A stretch of 64,000 bases of DNA from NCBI GenBank assembly GCA_023412915.1, contig JAEZRE010000018.1, forward strand, positions 123,127 to 187,126, written 5' to 3'. How positions within the stretch are numbered: position 1 is the stretch's first letter; every line of letters begins with the position of its first letter. This document shows positions 27,330-36,146 of this stretch, piece after piece. The translations under genes and the position numbers were made by a program. The notes below the pieces were generated by a model that saw only the letters and a list, made by a program, of their open reading frames with translations, ran no database searches and was not told where the DNA came from. This stretch comes from Bacillota bacterium. GTDB taxonomy: Bacteria > Bacillota > Clostridia > Acetivibrionales > DTU013.

Positions 27330-27388
27330 ATAAAGAGCGGGCTTGAGTCAACATCGTGGGCGGTACTCAGGCATCATGGAGGGCAAGT

Positions 27389-28063
27389 ATGTTCGAACAC
27401 AGAATAACGATATTTACCGGCCATTTCGGCAGCGGTAAAACCGAGGTCTCGGTAAATTATGCTTTTCATCTGGCAAGGTCCGGCAAAAAGACAGTGATCG
27501 TGGATCTTGACATAGTAAATCCGTTTTTCAGAACTGCGGATGCCAAAAAACCTCTGGAAGAAAAGGGAATTAAGGTAATAGTTCCCGTTTATGCAAATAC
27601 CAACGTCGACGTCCCGTCACTGCCGGCTCAGATAAATACGGTTTTCGAGGATAAAAGCTATCATGTGGTGCTCGATGTTGGAGGGGACGACCTTGGAGCG
27701 CGCATTCTTTCAAGATATAACGGAGAAATAACCAAAGAAGATTATATCCATTATTTCGTAGTGAATACAAGGCGCCCTATGACAAGGACACCGGAGGAAA
27801 TAGAGCGGATGGTAGATGAAATACAGGGCAGCGCCAGGCTCAAGGTTGACAGCTTTGTCAACAACGCGAACCTGCTCGGCGCAAGCTCTCCTGAGCTGAT
27901 TGCGGAGGCTTCCGGGATCATTGGCGGGGTTTCGGAAAAGCTCGGCATACCTGTTGGCATCATCAGCGGAATGCAAGACATTTTGAGCGACTATACCGGC
28001 GATCCCGGCGTTGAAAGGCTATACCTGGACAAATACATCAGGCTGCCGTGGGATATTTCGTGA
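27389..28063 (+). CDS. P-loop NTPase of unknown function (SIMIBI/G3E-like)
   Basis: Walker A GHFGSGKTE and Walker B-like VVLDVGGDD. GGAGGG lies 6 nt before ATG 27389. Confidence 0.75.
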   Translation: MFEHRITIFTGHFGSGKTEVSVNYAFHLARSGKKTVIVDLDIVNPFFRTADAKKPLEEKGIKVIVPVYANTNVDVPSLPAQINTVFEDKSYHVVLDVGGDDLGARILSRYNGEITKEDYIHYFVVNTRRPMTRTPEEIERMVDEIQGSARLKVDSFVNNANLLGASSPELIAEASGIIGGVSEKLGIPVGIISGMQDILSDYTGDPGVERLYLDKYIRLPWDIS

Positions 28064-28073
28064 AATGCAGCGA

Positions 28074-28105
28074 TTAGGGACGCAGGGACTTAGGGACGCA
28101 GGGAC
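28074..28105 (+). repeat. perfect 2 x 16-bp tandem direct repeat (GGGAC every 8 nt, 4 times)
   Basis: TTAGGGACGCAGGGAC TTAGGGACGCAGGGAC, starting 11 nt after the stop codon. The last GGGAC begins the following hairpin. Confidence 0.9.
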
Positions 28106-28154
28106 GGTTCTTTTGTTTCGTTTTAGTTAGTTAACGAAACAAAAGAACCGTCCC
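28101..28154 (+). terminator. very long perfect hairpin (22-bp stem), probable terminator
   Basis: GGGACGGTTCTTTTGTTTCGTT-ttagttagtt-AACGAAACAAAAGAACCGTCCC. Only a weak T-rich tail follows. Confidence 0.55.
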
Positions 28155-28164
28155 TATGTTTCAC

Positions 28165-28193
28165 TTGCATTTAAATACAATGAGATTTATAAT
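28165..28193 (+). promoter_or_regulatory. sigma-A-type promoter of the oxidoreductase operon
   Basis: TTGCAT, 17-nt spacer, TATAAT. Lies 40 nt before the korD-like start. Confidence 0.6.
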
Positions 28194-28232
28194 TATTGAA
28201 AGCTTTTACATGACTTACAGAAGCTTAGAAAT

Positions 28233-28451
28233 GTGAGGTGCTTTATGCCAAAGGTTATATTCAACGAAGAGCGTTGCAAGGGCTGCAAGCTTTGCTTGTC
28301 CGTCTGTCCTAAAAATATTGTCATTATAGATGAAGAAAAGCTCAACCTCAAAGGTTTTCACCCGGCGGGAGTCAAAGAAATGGACAAATGCATCGGGTGC
28401 GCTTTCTGTGCAACGATATGTCCTGACTGCGTAATAGAAGTAGAGAAGTGA
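28233..28451 (+). CDS. korD: 2-oxoacid:ferredoxin oxidoreductase delta subunit (2x[4Fe-4S] ferredoxin)
   Basis: CKGCKLCLSVCP and CIGCAFCATICP cluster motifs. 72 aa. Followed by alpha, beta and gamma subunit genes. Confidence 0.85.
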   Translation: MRCFMPKVIFNEERCKGCKLCLSVCPKNIVIIDEEKLNLKGFHPAGVKEMDKCIGCAFCATICPDCVIEVEK

Positions 28452-28456
28452 TAGAA

Positions 28457-28632
28457 GAATGTTTATCGCCCAAGGGGCGCGGATTTCATTTAGCCCAAAA
28501 GGCGCAGATTTCCTTAAAACGTTCAAAGGGAAATGTTTAGCGCCCAAAGGGCGTGGATTTCATTTGAAACATTCAATGGGAATGTTTATCGCCCAAGAGG
28601 CGCGAATTTCATTTGAAACATTCAATGGAGGG
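28457..28632 (+). repeat. about 3.7 tandem copies of a 50-bp structured repeat filling the delta-alpha intercistronic spacer
   Basis: Unit is AATGTTTAnCGCCCAAnGGGCGnGnATTTCATTTGAAACATTCAATGGG. The outer arms AATGTTT/AAACATT pair, and so does the inner CGCCC-aaa-GGGCG. The last copy supplies the GGAGGG RBS of the alpha subunit. Confidence 0.9.
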
Positions 28633-28640
28633 ATCATATA

Positions 28641-29714
28641 ATGGGAGAAAAAATTCTTATGAAGGGAAACGAGGTCATTGCCGAGGCTGCCTTAAGGGCA
28701 GGCTGCAGGTATTATTTCGGATATCCCATAACGCCTCAGACTGAAGTGGCGCATTATTTCGCAAAGAAAATGCCCCAGTACGGAGGAGCTTTTATACAGG
28801 CTGAAAGCGAAATCGCCGCGATGAATATGGTCTACGGTGCGGCTAGTGCCGGCGCACGCAGCATGACTTCATCCTCGAGCCCGGGGATCAGCCTGAAGCA
28901 GGAAGCTATTTCCTACGCCGCATGCGCGGAGCTTCCGGCGGTAGTTGTAAATATAGTCAGGGCAGGCCCGGGGCTGGGCGGCATTCTGGCGGCTCAGGGC
29001 GACTATTTTCAGGCGACCAAGGGCGGCGGTCACGGCGATTACAGGATGGTAGTGCTCGCACCGAGCAGCGTTCAGGAATTGTACGAGCTTACTGTTGAAG
29101 CCTTCAATATTGCCGATAAATACAGAACGTTATGCATGATCATGGGCGACGGCATGCTGGGCCAGATGATGGAGGGCGTCGAGTTCAAGGATCGCGAAGA
29201 GATCTGCCAGGCTGGCAAGGACTGGGCTGTGACGGGAACAGGCATGAATAGGGAACATAATGTGATCACCTCGATCTATATCGACCCTGAGGTGCTTGAA
29301 AACCATAACCTGAAGCTTCAGGCAAAGTATAGGAAAATCGCCGAAAACGAGACGCGCGCCGAAGCCTATAACTGCGATGGCGCCGATATAATCGTAACAG
29401 CTTATGGCACTGTGGCCAGAATAATAAAGAACGTAATAAAGACGGCTGCCAGGGAAGGCATCAAGGTCGGACTAATCAGACCGATCACACTCTGGCCCTT
29501 CCCGTCGGCGGTATTTGAAAAATATGCGGAAGTTCCGAAGGCTTTCTTGTCGGTAGAGCTCAGCGCAGGCCAGATGGTCGAAGACGTGAGGCTGGCGGTA
29601 AATGGCAAGAGGCCGGTTTACTTCCATGGCAGGATGGGCGGAATGATACCGACCCAGCAGGAGATACTTGACAAGATCAAGGAAATTTTGAACAAGGTCG
29701 GTGTAGATCGGTAA
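28641..29714 (+). CDS. korA: 2-oxoacid:ferredoxin oxidoreductase alpha subunit
   Basis: MKGNEVIAEAALRAGCRYYFGYPITPQTE and the overall 357-aa layout are typical of KorA/VorB. Confidence 0.9.
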   Translation: MGEKILMKGNEVIAEAALRAGCRYYFGYPITPQTEVAHYFAKKMPQYGGAFIQAESEIAAMNMVYGAASAGARSMTSSSSPGISLKQEAISYAACAELPAVVVNIVRAGPGLGGILAAQGDYFQATKGGGHGDYRMVVLAPSSVQELYELTVEAFNIADKYRTLCMIMGDGMLGQMMEGVEFKDREEICQAGKDWAVTGTGMNREHNVITSIYIDPEVLENHNLKLQAKYRKIAENETRAEAYNCDGADIIVTAYGTVARIIKNVIKTAAREGIKVGLIRPITLWPFPSAVFEKYAEVPKAFLSVELSAGQMVEDVRLAVNGKRPVYFHGRMGGMIPTQQEILDKIKEILNKVGVDR

Positions 29715-29838
29715 CCTAGCCCTGGCATTGTTCAAACGCCGCGCGAAAGCGGGGTGCGCAGGCATAGCCTGCGTGAGCAAATGACGTATTCATTACGGCA
29801 TTTGCGTTAAGCTAAATTTGAAGCAAAGGGGAATGACG

Positions 29839-30585
29839 ATGGCTATAGTATTTCAAAGACCTCACGCCTTGAGAGAGACGGAACTGCATTACTGCCCGGG
29901 CTGCACGCACGGCATCGCACACCGGCTCGTTGCCGAGGTCATAGATGAATTAGGTGTGGAAGGCAGTACGATAGGCGTTTCTCCTGTCGGCTGCGCTTAC
30001 AACAACTATCTGTATTTCAACTGCGATATGGTGCAGGCGGCACATGGAAGAGCTCCGGCTGTGGCAACGGGCATAAAGCGCGTACATCCCGGAAACATGG
30101 TGTTCACTTACCAGGGGGACGGCGATCTTGCCTCCATCGGAACTGCCGAGATCGTACACGCTGCAAACAGAGGCGAGAAGATCACAACGATATTCATAAA
30201 CAATGCGATATATGGAATGACCTCGGGCCAGATGGCGCCGACTACGCTTGTAGGCCAGGTGACCACCACGTCGCCTTTCGGCAGAAAGCCGGAGATAGAG
30301 GGCTATCCTCTCAATATGAGCGAGATGCTTTCCACACTTAAGGGCGCAGTGTTCGTCGAAAGAGTGTCATTGCATGACATAAAGAATATAAAGAATGCCA
30401 AGAAGGCCATTATGAAGGCCTTCAAGGTTCAGCAAGCAGGGCTTGGCTTCTCTATCGTGGAAGTGCTTTCAAGCTGTCCTACGAACTGGGGCCTCGAGCC
30501 TGTTCAGGCTCTCAAGTGGATCGAGGACAAAATGATCCCCCAGTATCCTCTCGGTAACTTTAAAGGAAAGGATTTGGAGGTGTAA
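29839..30585 (+). CDS. korB: 2-oxoacid:ferredoxin oxidoreductase beta subunit (TPP-binding)
   Basis: YCPGCTHG and TYQGDGDLASIG..NNAIYGMTSGQ are TPP motifs. Start chosen at ATG 29839 (GGGG, 7-nt spacer). Confidence 0.9.
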   Translation: MAIVFQRPHALRETELHYCPGCTHGIAHRLVAEVIDELGVEGSTIGVSPVGCAYNNYLYFNCDMVQAAHGRAPAVATGIKRVHPGNMVFTYQGDGDLASIGTAEIVHAANRGEKITTIFINNAIYGMTSGQMAPTTLVGQVTTTSPFGRKPEIEGYPLNMSEMLSTLKGAVFVERVSLHDIKNIKNAKKAIMKAFKVQQAGLGFSIVEVLSSCPTNWGLEPVQALKWIEDKMIPQYPLGNFKGKDLEV

Positions 30586-30589
30586 GGCG

Positions 30590-31123
30590 ATGGCACAGAT
30601 AGACATCATTTTTTCAGGCTTCGGAGGCCAGGGTATCCAGGCTGCGGGCAAGCTTATCGCTTATGCAGGTATGCTAGAGGATAAATTCGTATCGTTTCTG
30701 CCGTCCTATGGACCTGAAATGAGAGGCGGAACCTCCAATTGCCATGTCATAGTATCCGACGAACCGGTCGGTTCGCCGATACTGAACAGCGCGACAGCAT
30801 TGATGGCCATGAACAGGCCTTCGCTCGACAAATTTGAAAGCAGCGTAGTTCCCGGCGGAATCATCCTCCTTGACAGCTCACTGGTCAACAGAATCCCTGA
30901 ACGCAAGGACGTCAAGGTATTTGCGATACCTGCCACGCAGATCGCCTCCGATATGGGCAATCTGGCATATGCCAACATCATAATGCTGGGCAAGCTCATT
31001 GAAGAAACCGGCGCAGTTTCAGCCGAATTTTTCGAGAAAGGCCTGAAAAAGGTGCTGCCTGAAAAGAAGCATTACCTGATACCCGAAGAAATGAAAGCTC
31101 TCGAACTTGGTATGAAGTATTGA
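30590..31123 (+). CDS. korC: 2-oxoacid:ferredoxin oxidoreductase gamma subunit
   Basis: FSGFGGQGIQAAGKLIA motif. 177 aa. Confidence 0.9.
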   Translation: MAQIDIIFSGFGGQGIQAAGKLIAYAGMLEDKFVSFLPSYGPEMRGGTSNCHVIVSDEPVGSPILNSATALMAMNRPSLDKFESSVVPGGIILLDSSLVNRIPERKDVKVFAIPATQIASDMGNLAYANIIMLGKLIEETGAVSAEFFEKGLKKVLPEKKHYLIPEEMKALELGMKY

Positions 31124-31208
31124 GCAATATATGCCGGACCGTTGAAAAGCTGCATTAAGTGCGGCTTTTTAACATATACCTAATAATAATTTGCTGGAGG
31201 TACTTAAT

Positions 31209-32336
31209 ATGCGATACAAAAAATACGGCAATACCGGAGCCGAAGTATCGGCGCTCGGATTCGGATGCATGCGCTTTCCGATGATACGCAAGGATTCGAA
31301 GGAATACGTGGATGAAGACAAAACCATTCCGATGCTCCTCCGTGCTTACGAACTCGGAGTCAACTACTTCGATACCGCATATTTCTACTGTAACGGCCAG
31401 AGCGAGATCGTTCTCGGAAAGGCTCTGAAAGGTATCAGGGATAAGGTCTATGTCTCGACAAAAAGCCCGGGGCACCTGGTGAAGAAACCCGGCGATTACA
31501 GAAGGATACTTGAAGAGCAGCTGAAAAAGCTCGATATGGATGTTATAGATTTTTATCATTTCCATGGCATAGGCTACAATGGTTTTTATAATATCGATAA
31601 TGCTTCGGGTTGGCTGAAGGAAGCAAAACAGGCAAAGGAAGAGGGACTTGTCAGGCATGTTTCCTTTTCGTTCCATGACGAACCGGCAGCAATGGTGAAG
31701 CTCGTAGACACCGGGCTGTTCGAAAGCGTTCTGTGCCAGTACAACGCGATCGACAAGAGCAATGCGGAAGGTATCGCGCATGCCAAGGCCAAAGGTCTCG
31801 GCGTTGCAGTCATGGGCCCGCTCGGAGGCGGAAGGGTGTCGGGCATGCCCTCCGAAGTCGCCGACAAGCTTGGCATAAAGGTGAGGAGCAGCGCTGAGCT
31901 TGCACTCAGGTTTGTACTTGCCAATCCCAATATAGATATAGCGCTTTCAGGCATGGGATCCATGCAGATGCTCGAGGAAAACGTAGCCACCGCTGCTAAT
32001 TCCGAACCGCTGAGCAAGCAGGAGCTTGATGCGATCAATGGCATGATGGAGGAGAACGAGAAACTGGCGAAGCTTTATTGCACCGGTTGCTCCTATTGTC
32101 TGCCCTGTCCGTCCGGTGTGAATATTCCGCATATATTCAAAACCATGAATTACTACCGTATATACAACACCGTGGAATACGCGAGAAACGAATACGCCAA
32201 CATAGGAAGCGAATGGATCCCCGGAAAGGATGCCACTGCCTGCACCGAATGCGGCGCCTGCGAGAATAAATGTCCCCAGAAGCTGAAGATACGCGAGCAG
32301 CTTAAGGAAAGCCATGCCGCGCTTTCAGCCAAATAG
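31209..32336 (+). CDS. aldo/keto reductase with C-terminal 4Fe-4S domain
   Basis: AKR N-terminus MRYKKYGNTGAEVSALGFGCMRF..DTAYFY. C-terminal CTGCSYCLPCP and CTECGACENKCP. GGAGG precedes ATG 31209. Confidence 0.9.
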   Translation: MRYKKYGNTGAEVSALGFGCMRFPMIRKDSKEYVDEDKTIPMLLRAYELGVNYFDTAYFYCNGQSEIVLGKALKGIRDKVYVSTKSPGHLVKKPGDYRRILEEQLKKLDMDVIDFYHFHGIGYNGFYNIDNASGWLKEAKQAKEEGLVRHVSFSFHDEPAAMVKLVDTGLFESVLCQYNAIDKSNAEGIAHAKAKGLGVAVMGPLGGGRVSGMPSEVADKLGIKVRSSAELALRFVLANPNIDIALSGMGSMQMLEENVATAANSEPLSKQELDAINGMMEENEKLAKLYCTGCSYCLPCPSGVNIPHIFKTMNYYRIYNTVEYARNEYANIGSEWIPGKDATACTECGACENKCPQKLKIREQLKESHAALSAK

Positions 32337-32362
32337 GCGCCATATAAAAAGCCGGATTTAAG

Positions 32363-32683
32363 TCAACGGATTACATTGACAGCCTGCGTGCTTGAATAAT
32401 AGGATATGTCTTCGGACGTAAAACCCTTGAATTCATGTTCATGCAGGCTGTTGCTTTCCAATACGCCTTCCATCCTGTGAACATGACCGTTTTCCGTTTT
32501 GATCGGCATACCTGTTATGCCGTAAAAATAGTGGGTGTGGTTTCTGTACGACGAAACTCCATAAAAAACATGGATATGAAAATTACCTACGCCAAGCATA
32601 TTGCCGGCACACCCCAGAAGCCTGTGGTTATGGCCTTCGGTCATCTGGCAATCGAATTTGTATCTGTGCAGGTGAAATTTCAT
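32363..32683 (-). CDS. YmaF-family histidine-rich protein
   Basis: Repeated H-x-H blocks (EGHNHRL, HIHVFYG, NHTHYFYG, NGHVHRMEG, LHEHEF) are characteristic of YmaF. Confidence 0.7.
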   Translation of the reverse strand: MKFHLHRYKFDCQMTEGHNHRLLGCAGNMLGVGNFHIHVFYGVSSYRNHTHYFYGITGMPIKTENGHVHRMEGVLESNSLHEHEFKGFTSEDISYYSSTQAVNVIR

Positions 32684-32844
32684 GCTACCCTCCGCATCTC
32701 ATCCTGAAGTTAGGTTATGCATTGTGTACAAGTTTATTAGTTGTATATTTTGTAAATTAATTCTGTAATTGTTTTTGTTGTTTAAAAGAAAATTGTGGTA
32801 ATAATATGTTTGTTGAGCAAAATTATTGTTTAGTGGAGGTTGTT

Positions 32845-33438
32845 ATGAAAAGTCTGAAAGGAACAAAAACGCTCGAAAACCTGATGAAGGCATTTGCCGG
32901 CGAATCCCAGGCGCGCAACAGATATACCTACTACGCTTCGGCCGCAGCAAAGGAGGGCTATAAGCAGATCGAGGCAATATTCCTTGAAACGGCTGATAAC
33001 GAAAAGGAACATGCCAAGAGATTTTTCAAATTGGTTCTTTCCGGTATGGAAGGCGAGCTCCCGGCCGATATCCAAATCACCGCAACATATCCCGCCGCGA
33101 TGGGTACAACGCTTGAAAACCTCGATTACGCGGCGCATGGCGAAAACGAGGAGTGGACGGTACTGTATCCCGAATTTGCGAGGATTGCGGCAGAAGAGGG
33201 TTTCAACGAAGTTGCCGCGGCTTTCAAGTCTATTGCGACAGTTGAAAAGCATCATGAGGCGAGATACAGGAAGCTCTATGACAATGTGAAGGATCTCAGG
33301 GTTTTCAGGAAGGACGGAGTGACCTACTGGATATGCAGGAACTGCGGCTACATACATGTTGGAGAAAGCGCTCCCGAGATCTGCCCGGCATGCCTGCATC
33401 CACAAGCTTATTTCGAGATTCTCAAAGAAAACTATTAA
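32845..33438 (+). CDS. rbr: rubrerythrin (ferritin-like diiron domain plus C-terminal rubredoxin)
   Basis: [32 protein letters not shown], and C-terminal [17 protein letters not shown] lies 6 nt before ATG 32845. Confidence 0.95.
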   Translation: MKSLKGTKTLENLMKAFAGESQARNRYTYYASAAAKEGYKQIEAIFLETADNEKEHAKRFFKLVLSGMEGELPADIQITATYPAAMGTTLENLDYAAHGENEEWTVLYPEFARIAAEEGFNEVAAAFKSIATVEKHHEARYRKLYDNVKDLRVFRKDGVTYWICRNCGYIHVGESAPEICPACLHPQAYFEILKENY

Positions 33439-33455
33439 CCCGGTGCGGAATACAT

Positions 33456-33494
33456 AAAAAGGGCTGTATGCTTTGCGTGCAGCTCTTTTTATGT
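33456..33494 (+). terminator. intrinsic terminator after the rubrerythrin gene
   Basis: AAAAAGGGCTG / 13-nt loop / CAGCTCTTTTT (one G-U pair) with a T run. Confidence 0.65.
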
Positions 33495-33607
33495 ATGGCG
33501 CCACATATAAAGCCTCTTCATGGTGACATAATGACCTAATTATGTTATTATAATTTTTGACAGGCAGATAGGTTGCCGAGTATTCCATGTTTTTTTGGGG
33601 AGTCTGA

Positions 33608-34891
33608 ATGAGACCGGGTCGAATTGTACTGATCCTTACTATAATATTTCTGTTGGCTGCGGCTGCCTGTTCGGTGGTCTATTTTACCGGCGCGTATCAG
33701 AGCAGGCCAGTGATGCAGGAAGCGGCGGAAGACGCATCTTCGGCTGCCGGACAGCCGTCACTTCAGCCGGCCGGTTCCACCGGTCAGGCGAATAATGCCA
33801 CCGGAGCGGCTATAGGTACGACAAGCCAGGCGATCAGTATCCCGGGCGAGGCTTCCGGCATAACGGGGCAGGCGCTCCAGACTTCTCCCCAGGCTATTTC
33901 AGGAAACACCGAAGAGCCTGAACTCAGGCTGATGGCGGTGGGAGATATAATGCTGGGCAGGGGTGTGGGAATGAGACTGAAGAAGGAAGGAGATTATGGG
34001 TTTGCTTTCAGTAAGGTATCCGATTACCTCAAACAGGGTGACGTTACTTTTGCAAATCTCGAATCGCCCATTACCGCAAGCACCCATAGCCTCGATAAAA
34101 AAAGGAAAATAGTACTGAAGGGAGATCCCGGGTCCGTAGAAGCATTGACGGGAGCGGGTATAGACGTAGTAAGCCTCGCAAACAACCACATGATGGATTA
34201 CTACGAAAAAGGTCTTTTCGATACTATCGATATTCTTGATAAAAACAATATTCTGCATACGGGCAGCGGAAGAAACTTAGATGACGCAAGAAGGCCAGTG
34301 GTTATTGAGAGGAACGGCATAAAGATCGGGTTTTTGGCATATTCGGATATGGCTGAGCTCGTTTTTGCAGGCGATCCGTATCTAAAATACAGCGCTGAGA
34401 AGGATAAGTCGGGGGTTTTACCGAGAAAATACGAGACGATAAAGGAAGATGTCGGCAAACTCAGGGGCGAGGTGGATATTCTTGCCGTATCGCTGCACTG
34501 GGGGGGGGAGGAGAGCTTTACAATTCCGCCCGAACAGGTGGAATTCGCGCACAGACTGATAGACGACGGTGTCGATGTCATTTTGGGCCACCATCCTCAT
34601 CAGTTCCAGGGGATTGAAATGTACAAGGGCAAGCCTATAATATACAGTATGGGCAATTTCCTGTTTGATCAGAACGATACTGAGAACATGGAAGCATTCA
34701 TCATGGATCTCAGGTATAAAGGAAACAAACTCGAAGCTTGTACCGCAATTCCGGTAAGGATCCTGGACAAATCCTACGTGGAGATACAAACAGGCGCTGC
34801 GGCGTCGAACATACTCGAAAGAGAAACAAAACTATGCAGTAAGCTTGGAACGGTGCCTGAAACAGTGAATGACACGCTGGTATTCAAATAG
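33608..34891 (+). CDS. CapA-family metallophosphatase-like protein (poly-gamma-glutamate synthesis CapA/PgsA type), membrane-anchored
   Basis: N-terminal TM. Then MAVGDIMLGR, FANLESPI, SLANNHMMDY, VSLHWGGE and GHHPH blocks. Confidence 0.85.
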   Translation: MRPGRIVLILTIIFLLAAAACSVVYFTGAYQSRPVMQEAAEDASSAAGQPSLQPAGSTGQANNATGAAIGTTSQAISIPGEASGITGQALQTSPQAISGNTEEPELRLMAVGDIMLGRGVGMRLKKEGDYGFAFSKVSDYLKQGDVTFANLESPITASTHSLDKKRKIVLKGDPGSVEALTGAGIDVVSLANNHMMDYYEKGLFDTIDILDKNNILHTGSGRNLDDARRPVVIERNGIKIGFLAYSDMAELVFAGDPYLKYSAEKDKSGVLPRKYETIKEDVGKLRGEVDILAVSLHWGGEESFTIPPEQVEFAHRLIDDGVDVILGHHPHQFQGIEMYKGKPIIYSMGNFLFDQNDTENMEAFIMDLRYKGNKLEACTAIPVRILDKSYVEIQTGAAASNILERETKLCSKLGTVPETVNDTLVFK

Positions 34892-34924
34892 CAGAATTAT
34901 TCAAAAGAACAAAGGAGATATGGC

Positions 34925-35167
34925 ATGAAAGCAGTCAAATGCATGTTTTGCGGAAGTATCACATCAATACATAGTATTAACGCCCAAAAAAAGATAAAGG
35001 GCAAGATCATCACATTATCGAACTCGCCCGTATACTATTGCGACCACTGCAAGGAGACCTTCACCTCCAAGGAGGTACAGGACGTTTTCAGATATATTCA
35101 GGACAGAGGGCTTGAAGAAAAAACCATACTGTTCAATTACGACGACATGGCCAAAAAGATATATTAA
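34925..35167 (+). CDS. small zinc-ribbon protein (YgiT/MqsA-type zinc-finger-like), function unknown
   Basis: CMFCGS ... CDHC cysteine pairs. AAAGGAGA precedes the ATG. No HTH domain and no partner toxin seen. Confidence 0.6.
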   Translation: MKAVKCMFCGSITSIHSINAQKKIKGKIITLSNSPVYYCDHCKETFTSKEVQDVFRYIQDRGLEEKTILFNYDDMAKKIY

Positions 35168-35715
35168 TCGTGCATGCTTTGAAGCCTTGGCATAACGGAC
35201 CCCGAAATAACTGCGGCTATCAGGAAGAGCACGGTATCCTTGGAGATATAGGGAAGATTGCCGTAGAGCACAAGCAGAAGGCCGGTTTCCTGATTGCCGA
35301 GATATACTCTCATTATCAGAAACATATAGACAACACCTACGGCATAGATCGTTAAAAGCCCCGCCAGCAAAGCTTTGACGTTGTTTGCAAACACAGGTCT
35401 GCCAAGCTTTTTCGAAACGGTCCCAATGATATAGGCGCCGGCGATAAATCCCAGTATGAACCCGAAGCTGGGTTTGAAGATGTATAGAAGTCCGCCGCCG
35501 CCTGTAAATACGGGGACGCCTGTAAGGCCAAGCAGTGTATACACTGTCATAGCCAGCGCCGCAAGCCTGGGACCGAGGATCATTCCCGCAAGCGCGCAGA
35601 TAAAAGGCTGAAATGTGACCGGCAGGAACGGAAAGGGTATACGTATAAAGGTGCCTGCGATCATCAGCGCCGTGAACAGCGCCGTAATAATTATGTCTTT
35701 TGTAGTAAGCTTCAT
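35164..35715 (-). CDS. bioY: biotin transporter BioY (ECF S-component)
   Basis: MKLTTKDIIITALFTALMIAGTFIRIPFP..VTFQ..GMILGP is typical BioY. Start set at 35715 (AAAGGA, 8-nt spacer); the longest ORF begins at 35724. Confidence 0.9.
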   Translation of the reverse strand: MKLTTKDIIITALFTALMIAGTFIRIPFPFLPVTFQPFICALAGMILGPRLAALAMTVYTLLGLTGVPVFTGGGGLLYIFKPSFGFILGFIAGAYIIGTVSKKLGRPVFANNVKALLAGLLTIYAVGVVYMFLIMRVYLGNQETGLLLVLYGNLPYISKDTVLFLIAAVISGSVMPRLQSMHD

Positions 35716-35767
35716 AACGACCATCCTTTATGTATTTGTTATTTAGAGGATAAAACATCTTAACCTG

Positions 35768-35801
35768 ATTGTCAACCTGTAAAATTGTTCCGGTTGACAA
35801 T
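35768..35801. promoter_or_regulatory. BirA operator upstream of bioY
   Basis: ATTGTCAACC-N14-GGTTGACAAT, perfect 10-bp arms. Matches the Firmicute BirA site TGTnAACC-N14-GGTTnACA. Confidence 0.8.
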
Positions 35802-35827
35802 CAAAAGTTAAAATTCTACATTTGCTC

Positions 35828-35856
35828 TTGATTTGTTTTATGTAATAGGTTATATT
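35828..35856 (+). promoter_or_regulatory. sigma-A-type promoter for the Spo0E-like ORF / tRNA-Ala unit
   Basis: TTGATT, 17-nt spacer, TATATT. Confidence 0.5.
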
Positions 35857-35891
35857 ATTAAAGTTCAATTGCATAAAATGGGGTCAAATGT

Positions 35892-36038
35892 ATGGAAACG
35901 GATTATTTACAAAAGCTTAAGAAAAGATTGGATAATTTACTTAACGAACTGCCGATAGATTCTCCGGAAATTTTAGGTTTAAGTTGTGAAATCGATAATC
36001 TTATTGTAGAATATTACGAGAGGGAATTATACAACTAA
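35892..36038 (+). CDS. Spo0E-family aspartyl-phosphate phosphatase-like small protein (48 aa, absent from the ORF track)
   Basis: METDYLQKLKKRLDNLLNELPIDSPEILGLSCEIDNLIVEYYERELYN. SCEIDNLIVEYY parallels the Spo0E SQELDxLIxEYH motif. GGGG lies 8 nt before the ATG. Confidence 0.65.
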   Translation: METDYLQKLKKRLDNLLNELPIDSPEILGLSCEIDNLIVEYYERELYN

Positions 36039-36045
36039 ACGGCTT

Positions 36046-36120
36046 GGGGCTGTAACTCAGAGGGAGAGTGTCACATTCGCATTGTGAAAGCCGTGGGTTC
36101 GAATCCCATCAGCTCCACCA
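36046..36120 (+). tRNA. tRNA-Ala (anticodon CGC), CCA encoded
   Basis: Hand-folded cloverleaf: acceptor GGGGCTG/CAGCTCC with a G3-U70 pair, anticodon arm TCACA-TTCGCAT-TGTGA, T arm GTGGG-TTCGAAT-CCCAT, 3' ACCA. Confidence 0.9.
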
Positions 36121-36146
36121 AATCTATCAACCGAGATTTATACAAT

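Noticed and set aside
28457-28632. Possible CRISPR array (also considered for 51698-51806).
   Set aside because: The repeats are directly adjacent or degenerate, with no unique spacers of constant length. No cas genes are in the window, and the first array sits inside an enzyme operon.
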